Shown: positions 10,358-19,750 of the stretch, piece by piece
Numbering within the stretch: position 1 is the stretch's first letter
Layout of the letters: the number at the start of each line of letters is the position of its first letter
NCBI GenBank assembly: GCA_045605175.1
Contig: JAZUPL010000013.1
Location: 95 to 64,094, forward strand
Length of the DNA: 64,000 nucleotides
Origin: Eubacteriales bacterium
GTDB lineage: Bacteria > Bacillota > Clostridia > Oscillospirales > CAG-272
Reading direction: 5' to 3'
The notes under the pieces: model-generated
What the model saw: only the letters and a program-made list of their open reading frames with translations
What the model was told of the DNA's origin: nothing
Database searches by the model: none
Program-made: the position numbers and the translations under genes

Positions 10358-11749
10358 TTACTTCAACTTCTTTACAGGTCGTTTGTCGGGGTTCCAGGGT
10401 AGAGTACGGAACATATCGCCAAAACTCAGCCCTCCCGCTTTGTATATCGTAAGGTTCGGACAGTTCGCGAAAGCATTATCACCAATTTCAGTGACGCTTG
10501 TGGGAATCTTGACCTCACGAAGTGCTTCACAACCAATAAACGCGGCTCTCTTTATTACAGTAGCCCCCTCGGGTACTTCAACCTTCTCAAGCGAGATGCA
10601 ACCTTCAAAGGCTTCCCTGCCAATCTCTTTCACCGCCCTAGGCAAAACAGCCTTGCTTAACAATTTGCAATTTGTAAAACTGTTATTTTCTATTATCTCA
10701 ACTCCGTCGGGGAGAATCAGGGACTCAAGGCTTTCACATGCATAAAACGCGCCCTGCCCAATCTCCAAAAGCCCTTTTGGAAATACAATATTTTTTAAAT
10801 TAGGACAATCTGCAAAGGCGTGGGAACCAATTTTCTTTACCCTATCTGATATAACCACTTTCTCAAGACACGAACATTTTCTAAAAACCCCTGCCCTAAG
10901 TTCGCAGACAAGCGCCGGAATGACAACACTTTTTAGGCTATTGCAACCCGAAAAAGCATATTGCTCTATTCTTTCCACATACGGTGGTATCGTCACACTT
11001 TCAAGTCCAGAGCAATCAGCGAACAAATACTGACTTATTACGGTAATTTTGTTAGGAAGAACTACGCTTTTCAAAGCATAGCACCTAGAAAAGGCAAAGC
11101 CCACCACCGTGTCAAGGCTATCCGGCAGAGCAACACTCTCCAAAGCCGAGCAACCGCAAAATGCCATAGACTCAATTCGTTTGACCCCCTCCGGCAGGAG
11201 AATACTTTTGACACTTGAACACCAGGAAAACGCACTATCACCTATAACGCTTACCCCATCGGGAACAATCACGTGGGAGTCGCTTCCCTTGTATTTAACA
11301 AGTCTGCCGTTTTCAATTTGGAAGTCCTGGGGATTGTTTTTAGTAGTGGGGCGTGTCGCGTTTTGCGTAGGTTTTATAGGTTCTTTTTTCTCTGCATCCG
11401 TCAGGAATTTCTCCACCTTGCCAATGCACTCGTCCGAGGGGTCTATGGCTATCATAAACACAGCCAAGGTCCGCCTTGCATTCTCCTCGGTGAACAATTC
11501 CTGCTCGGTAAGAGTGAAGATTTGCGCCTTAAGGTTGTTGTCCTCTGTTCCATTTTCGACAAGCCCCGCATAGACGTGCGACTCAAGTCCTCGACGCATC
11601 ATCTTCTTTATTCTGTCGTATTTGTGTCCGCCGAGGGTGTCAGAAATTATCCCCCAAAGTGCCTGGGGATTTACCTTAACCATTCGCGAAGCGTCAACAT
11701 CCCGAAATGCCTCGGCAAGCAGTTTGCCCGCCTCAATTATATCCTTCAT
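10358..11749 (-). CDS. cytosolic LRR protein, paralog 4
   Basis: Start at ATG 11749 (MKDIIEAG...) aligns with the paralog N-termini and has GGAG upstream; the ORF-track start 11761 is also possible. About 12 LRR_5-type repeats. The C-terminus WNPDKRPVKK is shared with paralog 5. Confidence 0.85.
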   Translation of the reverse strand: MKDIIEAGKLLAEAFRDVDASRMVKVNPQALWGIISDTLGGHKYDRIKKMMRRGLESHVYAGLVENGTEDNNLKAQIFTLTEQELFTEENARRTLAVFMIAIDPSDECIGKVEKFLTDAEKKEPIKPTQNATRPTTKNNPQDFQIENGRLVKYKGSDSHVIVPDGVSVIGDSAFSWCSSVKSILLPEGVKRIESMAFCGCSALESVALPDSLDTVVGFAFSRCYALKSVVLPNKITVISQYLFADCSGLESVTIPPYVERIEQYAFSGCNSLKSVVIPALVCELRAGVFRKCSCLEKVVISDRVKKIGSHAFADCPNLKNIVFPKGLLEIGQGAFYACESLESLILPDGVEIIENNSFTNCKLLSKAVLPRAVKEIGREAFEGCISLEKVEVPEGATVIKRAAFIGCEALREVKIPTSVTEIGDNAFANCPNLTIYKAGGLSFGDMFRTLPWNPDKRPVKKLK

Positions 11750-11904
11750 AATGTACTCCATTGATTACCTTGTTTATACTAAGTGGTAAGACGTGTTAAA
11801 TTAAATCCGTGTAAAGTCCGACACAGGTAAGCACCTCGCCGTATAAGTCGATAGAGAAGGCTATGATTTCTTGCCGACTTTGGATAAGGGAGAGTAAGAT
11901 TATA

Positions 11905-12957
11905 TTAAACCTTAAATGCCGGGCAAGCGAAGAATACGTCCTTGCCCATAGTAATGCCATCGTGTATCAAAACATCGGTAAGTTTGCTGCAATTACTAAA
12001 TGCCTGGTCATCAATACGGGTTACACTTTTTGGAATTTGAATATTCGTAAGACTTTCGCAGGACGCAAAAGCAACTTGACCTATGTATTTTACGCTGTCT
12101 GGTATTATAACCTTAGTAAGTCCTCGGCACTCTGCAAATGTACCATATTCAATACTAGTTATACTATTAGGAATAGTGATGCTCTTAATGCCCACGCACT
12201 TGCAAAAAGCAACTGACCCTATGTATTCTACGCTATCGGGAATTATGAAACTTTCAAGACCGGAACAACCCCAAAAAGCAAAGTTTTCAATCCTCTTTAC
12301 ACTTTTAGGGATGCTTATACTCGTCAGCCTTGAACAATCATAAAAGGCTCTTGCTCCAATGGTCGTAACACCATTAGGAATAACCACATAATCACCCTCG
12401 CCCTTGTATTTAATCAACACACCGTCAGAAATATCAAAGTCAGCGGGGTTGCTTTGCTTAAGTGTGCTTTGGGGCTGCGAGTTGTTAGCCTTTGGCTCGG
12501 TGGGTATTTGTGTAGGTTGAGTTTGTACGGGAACGGGTGTAGGCTGGGTTTGAAGAGGCTGGGGATTTGCGGTTGGTTGTGTAGGCTCTGTGCCACTAGG
12601 CGAGAGGATAGCCATAGCGTGTTTCTCTCCCTCCTCCTTGCCGTCACAAATCATAACTACCAACGCTGTAGCACAAAGAGCAAAGTTCTTAGCCAGCATA
12701 GCATCGTTATGAATAATATGTAAAACAGACTATGCACGAGCCGTCCAGTCAAGGTTGCCCTCTGTATATTTCTTGAAAGCGTGATATCTCTCACAAAGTG
12801 CGAGCAAACTCCTTACCTGACCGTACTTCTCGCCGGGGAGGAGGTCGGTCGCCACCGAGCAAAGTCTATGTATGTTCGCTTCGGTTAGGTTTGCGCTAAG
12901 TTGGGTTGCAAAATAATCTCTAAGTATTCTTCCCGCACTAACAATAGTTTCTTTCAT
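11905..12957 (-). pseudogene. LRR paralog 3, interrupted by in-frame TAG at 12730..12732
   Basis: ORFs 12730..12957 and 11905..12699 are in the same frame. The joined reading ...LDWTARA*SVLHIIHNDAMLAKNFA... aligns with paralog 5 ...RETRAKEIVHTLVDRAMLAKGFA... (stop opposite Lys). Confidence 0.8.
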
Positions 12958-13009
12958 AATAGTGCTCTTTCTATATATGTTTTATATATTTCTCTATACC
13001 CGTGTTAAA

Positions 13010-14395
13010 TTATTGATAGACTACGCTTTTAACGCCCTCGTCCCACATATCCTCAAGTCTTGCACCCTTGGATACAAGTACGGACACTCGGGCATTGTCA
13101 CATCCGTCAAAAGCAAATGCCTCAACGGTCACCGAGGAGGAGTTTATTTCGATGTTTTTTATACCCTCGCAATCACAAAAAGCATAGGAATGAACACGGC
13201 TTGCTCCGTCGGTTATGACAACCTTTTCAAGCGAGGTGCAATCGGTGTAGGCGTAGGAACAAACCTCGGGCAATCTGCCCCCTATATATATCGACCCCCT
13301 CAATGCTGTACAGTCGGCAAAGGCATACTCTCGCACCACCCTCAAGGTGCTTGGTAGCGAAACAACCGAGAGTTTTGGACAATCCGAAAAGGCATAGGCA
13401 GATATCTCCCTGACGCCCTCGGGTATATTTATTCTTCCTATATATTTATTAGAGGCAAAGGCATACGGGCCTATCGAGGTCACACCCTTGGGAATTGTGG
13501 GAAATGCCTCTGTGCCGTTGTACTTTACGAGGACACCTCCGCGTATGTCGTACAACGCCCCCGTCGTGCTGGGGCCACCGCTTGTGACGGTGACATTACC
13601 GCCGTTTCCTGTAACGGTGATGTTGCCACCGACGGTTACTGTGGTGTTATTATTGCTTGTGTTTACAGAAATATTTCCACCGCCACCCGACACGGTTACG
13701 CCGTTTATGGTTATATTGCCACCGCCACCGGTTATGGAAACGACGCCGTTATTAGTGGTGACGATTCTTGTATTGTTGTTTACGGTAGTGTTTGTTGTAA
13801 CCGTGACATTGTTGTTTTTCTGTATCGGTCTTGGTGTGGGGGTGTTTTGAATTCTCTGTACAATTGTAGGTTGTACAGGGGGTGTGGGGATATTTCTCAC
13901 CCTCTGTGGAATGGTAGGCTGAGGCGTTGGAGTTGGCTGTGGAGTTATAGGTCTTGGGGTAGGTTGAGGAATTATAGGTTGGGGCTGGGGTGTAGGTATA
14001 GGCGTTGTAGGTTGCTGATTGGGTTGTGGAGGCACGCCGTCAACAAATTTTTCTATTTTCCCTACTTCGTCGTCAGAGGGGTGTATAACCACCAAAAGCA
14101 GAGCAATCACCCTCTTTGCAAAACCCTCTGCAATCATCTCCCTGTTGATTAGCCTGTCCAAAGCAGATGCTACACGAATATTCATAGGCTCATCGCTAAG
14201 TACAATGCTCTCATATACCCCGCTTCGCGCGCCGAGGGACATCATTTTTCTGACCATTTCATACCCGTCACCGGGAAGCAGGTCTGTTGCCACGCTCGCA
14301 AGCAGGCGAAGTTCCTTTCTGCCGATTTTCGCTATTCCCTCTGCCTTTATATAATCGGATAGTTTTCGTCCTGCTGTCACTATTTCTCTTTCCAT
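13010..14395 (-). CDS. cytosolic LRR protein, paralog 2 (long Pro-rich plus N/G/T/V-repeat linker)
   Basis: 461 aa. Conserved N-domain, PQPTP-type linker, GGNITV-type repeats, then LRR_5-type repeats. Confidence 0.85.
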   Translation of the reverse strand: MEREIVTAGRKLSDYIKAEGIAKIGRKELRLLASVATDLLPGDGYEMVRKMMSLGARSGVYESIVLSDEPMNIRVASALDRLINREMIAEGFAKRVIALLLVVIHPSDDEVGKIEKFVDGVPPQPNQQPTTPIPTPQPQPIIPQPTPRPITPQPTPTPQPTIPQRVRNIPTPPVQPTIVQRIQNTPTPRPIQKNNNVTVTTNTTVNNNTRIVTTNNGVVSITGGGGNITINGVTVSGGGGNISVNTSNNNTTVTVGGNITVTGNGGNVTVTSGGPSTTGALYDIRGGVLVKYNGTEAFPTIPKGVTSIGPYAFASNKYIGRINIPEGVREISAYAFSDCPKLSVVSLPSTLRVVREYAFADCTALRGSIYIGGRLPEVCSYAYTDCTSLEKVVITDGASRVHSYAFCDCEGIKNIEINSSSVTVEAFAFDGCDNARVSVLVSKGARLEDMWDEGVKSVVYQ

Positions 14396-14466
14396 TTTTT
14401 CTCCAAACCGTCTTTTTATTTAGCAAAAGCACAACATAGTATCTACATTGTGCTTTCCTTATTATA

Positions 14467-15426
14467 TTAATAGTATCTTACTCCGTTTACGCCTTTTAGC
14501 GCGTTGTTGCGCACTATGGCTTTGTCGGGAATTTTCATATTTGTTATATTTGTGCATCCAAAGAATGCGTAGGTGCCTATCTCCTCAACGCTGTTGGGTA
14601 TGGATACGACGGTAAGTCCTGTGCAACCACGGAAAGCCGAAGCGCCTATGGTTTTCAGTCCCGCAGGGAAACTCACCGAAGTCACCGCTGTGCAATCCTG
14701 AAATGCGAATTTGCCGATATTCTTTATAGCCAGCGGAATATGAACATCTCCGCCCCTGCCAAGATATTTTACCAGGGTGTCGCCATCTATCTCAAAGTCG
14801 GACATAGGGGTGGTGGCGTTATGAACACCGCCTGAAAAAGGCGTTATGCCACTATCAGAGGTTGAGGTATCCGTCCCTGTCGAGCCGGGGCGAAGTCCGC
14901 CAAACCTGCCACCAAGGCGCACACCCGAGGTGCTGCTCACCGTACCGCCACCCGATGTAGTATGGCTACCCGTAGAGCCGGGACGAAGTCCGCCAAATCT
15001 GCCTCCTCCCTGTGGTGCGGGAGTTTCTGCCGTAGGGCGAGGTGCAGGAGTTGGCTCGGGGGCAGTGCCAACGAAACTTTCGGTGACATAGCGAATATTT
15101 TTCTCCGAGGTGTCAAGGGCGATAAGCAGTGCGGCGATAGCCTTTTTTGCATATTCTTCGCTCAAAAGTTCGCGAGTGGTAAGCACGGATATTCCGTCAA
15201 TAATAGCAAGACTACGCTCTGCCTCACCCGAGGCAACTATTTTACCGTAAACACCGCTGTCAAGTCCCTTTTTTATGAGTTTTTTCGCAACCTCGTACTT
15301 GGGATTTGTAACAAGGTCCAGAAGAATGCCGTAAAAGGCGGCGGGGCTGTGCTCCAAAAGACGCAAGCCGTCGTGTTCTTCTATTATCTTCGCCATAAAA
15401 AGGCCTGTTTCCTTAATGGTTTCCAT
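14467..15426 (-). CDS. cytosolic LRR protein, paralog 1 (short LRR region)
   Basis: 319 aa. Divergent copy of the N-domain, a linker with two GGRFGGLRPGSTG repeats, and about 4 LRR_5-type repeats. Confidence 0.85.
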   Translation of the reverse strand: METIKETGLFMAKIIEEHDGLRLLEHSPAAFYGILLDLVTNPKYEVAKKLIKKGLDSGVYGKIVASGEAERSLAIIDGISVLTTRELLSEEYAKKAIAALLIALDTSEKNIRYVTESFVGTAPEPTPAPRPTAETPAPQGGGRFGGLRPGSTGSHTTSGGGTVSSTSGVRLGGRFGGLRPGSTGTDTSTSDSGITPFSGGVHNATTPMSDFEIDGDTLVKYLGRGGDVHIPLAIKNIGKFAFQDCTAVTSVSFPAGLKTIGASAFRGCTGLTVVSIPNSVEEIGTYAFFGCTNITNMKIPDKAIVRNNALKGVNGVRYY

Positions 15427-15465
15427 CTATCCTCCATAGGGCGAACCCCAAATATTTCTTGATTA

Positions 15466-16623
15466 TTAGTGGAACAACTCGTGGAAAAACTCGGTAACTC
15501 CGCCAAGCACGTCGGCAAAGGTGGTTTTCTTTTTGTTGTTTTCTTTAGGCGGGTTGAAGGCAGGAAGATTTGAGCCGTCAAAAACGCCCTTTCCGTCTCC
15601 GAGAGTACGGTTGCCCTTTCCTGTGCGTCTGAGTTCAACATACACATTATGCGTAACGGGAGAAATCCTCATAGATGCAGGGCAACCCGCAATAGCAACC
15701 CCCGACTCTATCTGTCGCAGAATACGGTCGCCGTCAAGTTGTTCGTTTGCAAACTTAAAGGTAATAAAGTCGTCGCCCGCCTTGATACGGTCTCTGATAT
15801 AGCCCGCAATTTCGCCGACGGTCTTTACGTAAAGTTTGTGTTTATAATAATAATTATGAGCCAAAGCCTTGCAAGCGGGGTGGAATCTCCTATCCCATGC
15901 GTGCGAGAGGCCCATAAGTTTGTCGTCAATGTTAAAGTAATCGTAGTTTATAGAAACGTCACCCTTGTTTTTTAAGTCCCAAGTGACGTCCACATGATAA
16001 TAATCTCCGTCAAGAACAACCACATTCCACGCGTGAGGATCTTGTTGTTCAGTGCTACCCGCAGGGCAGCCGAAGATTACGTAAGACTTTATCCCACACC
16101 AATCGCACATAAGTTTGAATGCGCAGGATATACCCCAGCACACCGCAGTTCTTTTCAGCAATGCGCCAAGAATGTTAAACGCCTCGTTCACCGTCTTGGT
16201 AGGGTTTGATACAGCATTATTATCATACACCACCGTGGTTACAAGGTAATCGTGAATCGCTTTCTCTTTATCATAATCGGTCATAGAAGCGGTTATGTAT
16301 TTCTTTGAGAAGGCTTCAAGCCCATCCTTTATTCTCTTTTCGTACATTTCCTTTTCCGCCTCGGTATAGAGGTACTTGGGAATATAGAAAAAACCACCCT
16401 TGCAAGGTGCGTAAGAGAACATCGAGGGGGCGACATAGAAGAAGGACGGCACGTCATTATATACGTACTGCGCAATAAGTCCTATTCGCTCTATGCTTAT
16501 ATTTCCGCTTTTTAACCTTATCTGCCTTTCAAACTTTTCAAAGCCAAAATAAAGTTGTTTATATACTTCCTTTTCCTCATCGGGAAGAGCAAAATAGTAA
16601 AATTTCGAGTATTTCAGAATCAT
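15466..16623 (-). CDS. transglutaminase-like cysteine protease superfamily protein
   Basis: 385 aa. Core RTAVCWGISCAF...GIKSYVIFG...DPHAWNVVV...YYHVDVTWD matches the Cys-His-Asp transglutaminase-like fold pattern. No signal peptide. Confidence 0.8.
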   Translation of the reverse strand: MILKYSKFYYFALPDEEKEVYKQLYFGFEKFERQIRLKSGNISIERIGLIAQYVYNDVPSFFYVAPSMFSYAPCKGGFFYIPKYLYTEAEKEMYEKRIKDGLEAFSKKYITASMTDYDKEKAIHDYLVTTVVYDNNAVSNPTKTVNEAFNILGALLKRTAVCWGISCAFKLMCDWCGIKSYVIFGCPAGSTEQQDPHAWNVVVLDGDYYHVDVTWDLKNKGDVSINYDYFNIDDKLMGLSHAWDRRFHPACKALAHNYYYKHKLYVKTVGEIAGYIRDRIKAGDDFITFKFANEQLDGDRILRQIESGVAIAGCPASMRISPVTHNVYVELRRTGKGNRTLGDGKGVFDGSNLPAFNPPKENNKKKTTFADVLGGVTEFFHELFH

Positions 16624-16747
16624 CTTTACACCTTCGTTTTCTCACAGGCACTAAAAATCTGCTGCGCACCATAGAACGGCTAAACCCGACCGACACGGAC
16701 AAAAAGCCGCGCCGATCGGGACACAAACCTTGCCGAAGGTAAAAATT

Positions 16748-18670
16748 TTACACCTTAGGGAAGGTCTTAGGGCCGTTATCCTGTTGGGGCTTTTGGCCAC
16801 CAAGAGGAGTATTGTTGGACTGAGTTTCTCTGTTGTTAGCCTCTTGCTTTTTCTCGGTGGTGGGCGTTGTGGGTTGAATGGTAGGTCTTAAAACCACGGT
16901 TTCGGTAGTCATCTCGATAACCGAATCGCTGTTTTCACGTCTTACACACTCATAAGTGTATTCTTCTACAATACCCTCGGGCTCAACCGATATTTTAGGC
17001 TCGTCAACCGCTTCTACGGTGGGGGTTTCCACAGTTTCGGGGGCAGGCTCGGTTGCCTCCACTTCGGGAACAGCGACCTCCTCAGGCTCGGTAGCCGTAA
17101 CGGGAATCTCGGTAACATTGTCGGTAACGGGGATTTCTCCATCAGGTACTACGGGAGTTTCGGTAGCAGGCTCGGTGGTTTCGGGAGCGGGCTCTGCGGT
17201 CTGCTCTTCAGGTGCGCCACCAACAGACACTATAGGAATATCAAAGGCGTTCTTAGGCTCTGTGCCGTTTTCGGGATTTGTACCACCGCGCAGGTTGAAA
17301 ATGCCACCAAGAAGTTTTTCAAGGGGATTTTCACGCTTGCCGATACCATTTTTCTTCTCGTAGTCGGCAATCTTAGCACGAAGAGCATCAAGTTCCTTCT
17401 TCTTCGCTTCAAAAATCTCCACGTTGCTCTTCTTAAGTGCTTCCACCTGAACACCACGGGATTTTATCTGCTCTGCCTGAATTTTAATCTGCTCACGCTG
17501 TTTCTTAATGCTTTCGATGCGCGCCTCAAGTTCCTTGATTCTACGAGTGCACTCCTCGATTTCGGCATTTGCACGCTTGAACTCCTCACCCTTCTCGTTA
17601 AACCTGCGTCTTGCATCGGCAACCTGTGCCTCTGCCTGTGCTATGGTTGTGGTGAGTGCCTTACAAGCGTTTTCAAGTTCCTCGGCTTTTGCCTTTGCAC
17701 GCTTGTAGTTGTTGTCCGACTGCTTGCGTGTTGCTATTTCATAAAGGCTCGCCGCGATAACGTCAAGGTCACGGGTGTCGTAAATTACACCCATAGAGGT
17801 GTCGTCACCCTTCCAGTTGTTTGCTATGTTGGTGAGAATTGCCTTTTCAATGTTCTCCTCTGCCCAGGTCTCGCCCTTGGAGAAAGAGCCACCAACATTG
17901 TAGTAAACACCCTGTCTTGTAGCCTCGTCAAGAAGGCTGTCGTCAATACCATCAGAGTGAACCAATATAATTTTGGGGATGTTGAAGGATGCGTAGTGTC
18001 TGAAGCCCTCGATAACGTTTGCCTGACACATAGAAGTAGTAGCCTCTCCCTCTCCTACGAAGGGGTCGCGAGGCATATCCTCTATAAAGGATTGCAAGGG
18101 CTGAACACCGTTATGCTCCTCGGCATATACTGCAACGCAGTTTCCGTCACCGACCTGGATAGCATACCAGAACTTCTCGGTAACTACCGACGCGATAAGA
18201 GTCGTGCCGTATGCCCAGTAGTAGATACCCTGGTTTTTAAGTCTGTCAACATACTTCTTCTGCACGTTTGCAAGGTCTGCCTCGGTAAAGGGGTTTGCCT
18301 TAAAGTGCTGATCTACACTCGCTCTCCAACTTGCTACAATAACATTCTTGATATTGTCGAAAATGCTATCAGCTACGGGGTTTTGACCGTTGTCCTTGCC
18401 GTAAGCGGTAATCTGTCTTGCAAGTTCAGCGGGAGTCATCTTGTCAAGAATCTGGTTAGTTGCCTTGATAAGCACCGCCTTTGCCACTTCAACGGCATAA
18501 TGCGAGCCTACGTCAGAACGGAAATAGTCTGCACTTCCGTGACCGTCGGCAACAATGGCGATAGTCATACGCTCGTCAGAGTAACTGCCGGAGTGGTCCT
18601 GGCATACCTTACCCTCTTTGACGTGAGAACCGCCTATAATACACTTGTCAAAGGTCTTGAAATTGACCAT
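16748..18670 (-). CDS. PP2C-family protein phosphatase fused to coiled coil and P/E/T-rich tail
   Basis: 640 aa. N-terminal CQDHSG...IAIVADGHGS...VGDGN...HSDGIDD (PP2C-like metal-binding Asp pattern). Residues ~320-440 are heptad-rich (coiled coil). The C-terminus is low complexity. Confidence 0.85.
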   Translation of the reverse strand: MVNFKTFDKCIIGGSHVKEGKVCQDHSGSYSDERMTIAIVADGHGSADYFRSDVGSHYAVEVAKAVLIKATNQILDKMTPAELARQITAYGKDNGQNPVADSIFDNIKNVIVASWRASVDQHFKANPFTEADLANVQKKYVDRLKNQGIYYWAYGTTLIASVVTEKFWYAIQVGDGNCVAVYAEEHNGVQPLQSFIEDMPRDPFVGEGEATTSMCQANVIEGFRHYASFNIPKIILVHSDGIDDSLLDEATRQGVYYNVGGSFSKGETWAEENIEKAILTNIANNWKGDDTSMGVIYDTRDLDVIAASLYEIATRKQSDNNYKRAKAKAEELENACKALTTTIAQAEAQVADARRRFNEKGEEFKRANAEIEECTRRIKELEARIESIKKQREQIKIQAEQIKSRGVQVEALKKSNVEIFEAKKKELDALRAKIADYEKKNGIGKRENPLEKLLGGIFNLRGGTNPENGTEPKNAFDIPIVSVGGAPEEQTAEPAPETTEPATETPVVPDGEIPVTDNVTEIPVTATEPEEVAVPEVEATEPAPETVETPTVEAVDEPKISVEPEGIVEEYTYECVRRENSDSVIEMTTETVVLRPTIQPTTPTTEKKQEANNRETQSNNTPLGGQKPQQDNGPKTFPKV

Positions 18671-18808
18671 TGTAAGTCCTCCTAATTATTCTGCACCCTG
18701 GGGGTGCTCTATATGGTTTTATCTCTTTTTAGATAGTCGCAAATCTTTTATAACCCCAAAAGGTCCAAAAGGAATAGCGACCTCGCGAATTGTTAGTCGA
18801 AAGAAATA

Positions 18809-19618
18809 TTATTCCCAACCGCCGAAGAGAGCCTCTGCGTCGTCGTCGTCAATCTTACCCTCAACCTGGAGTGTCTCAACAACAGACTCAACGGTGCCGG
18901 CAGTATCGGAAGCGGTCTTCTCGAATTCCTCATCTCTACGCTTCTGGCTTGCCATATCGTCCTCAGAACCTGCGCCAACTGCGTGAGTAGCGGTGGTAGA
19001 TGCAACGACTGCTACGTTTGCAAGAATAGTAGAAAGAATAGCGATGTTATCAACGTTAAGTACGGTCTCGGGGTTACCTGTGAACTTCTTGAGGCAGGAG
19101 CGGTCTGCGTCCTCACCGATAGCGAAGCCGATACGAGTACCCTTTACGAACCAGTTGTTGCCCTTAAGAACCTTGATACCTGCGTCAACGTCGTCGGTGG
19201 GAACACCGTCGGTAAGAAGGATAAGAACGGCTCTCTTGTAGCCTGCGCACTGGCCCTTCTGAATAAGCTGAGAACGAGAAAGCATAGTTTCAAGTTCTTT
19301 GAAAGCGGCACCCATGTTGGTAAGACCGCCAAGACGGAAGTCGGGGTTTGCACTGGAAGGATCCTGAACCTTGCACTCCCAACGAGGTGCGGTATCGAAG
19401 CAAAGAACCGAGAGTTTAACCTCTGCGTCGTCATTGCTCATGTTAAGTCTTGCAAGCTCAACCTTGATGTTCTCAACAGCGGTCTTAACCTGCTCGATCT
19501 TCTCACCGCTCATACTTCCCGAGGTATCAACGATAAGGAACAGGGGCATAACGTGCTTCTGCACGCCACTGGCACCAAGGTCGTTGTCATCCTCAAAACC
19601 AAAGAAATTGTTATCCAT
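18809..19618 (-). CDS. von Willebrand factor A (TerY-like) protein with acidic tail
   Basis: 269 aa. MIDAS motif DTSGSMSG at the start of the domain, then LLTDGVPTD. The C-terminal ~60 aa are acidic. Confidence 0.9.
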   Translation of the reverse strand: MDNNFFGFEDDNDLGASGVQKHVMPLFLIVDTSGSMSGEKIEQVKTAVENIKVELARLNMSNDDAEVKLSVLCFDTAPRWECKVQDPSSANPDFRLGGLTNMGAAFKELETMLSRSQLIQKGQCAGYKRAVLILLTDGVPTDDVDAGIKVLKGNNWFVKGTRIGFAIGEDADRSCLKKFTGNPETVLNVDNIAILSTILANVAVVASTTATHAVGAGSEDDMASQKRRDEEFEKTASDTAGTVESVVETLQVEGKIDDDDAEALFGGWE

Positions 19619-19750
19619 TTTTTGTTTCCTCCATAATATAAAATTTATTATTTGTTTTTTTATTTATTCCTGTTTTATCAAATACTGTGGAGGCTTACCC
19701 CGAAAAAATCCTCGGGAGTATGCTCTCCAAAAAGCACGCAACTATCAGGC

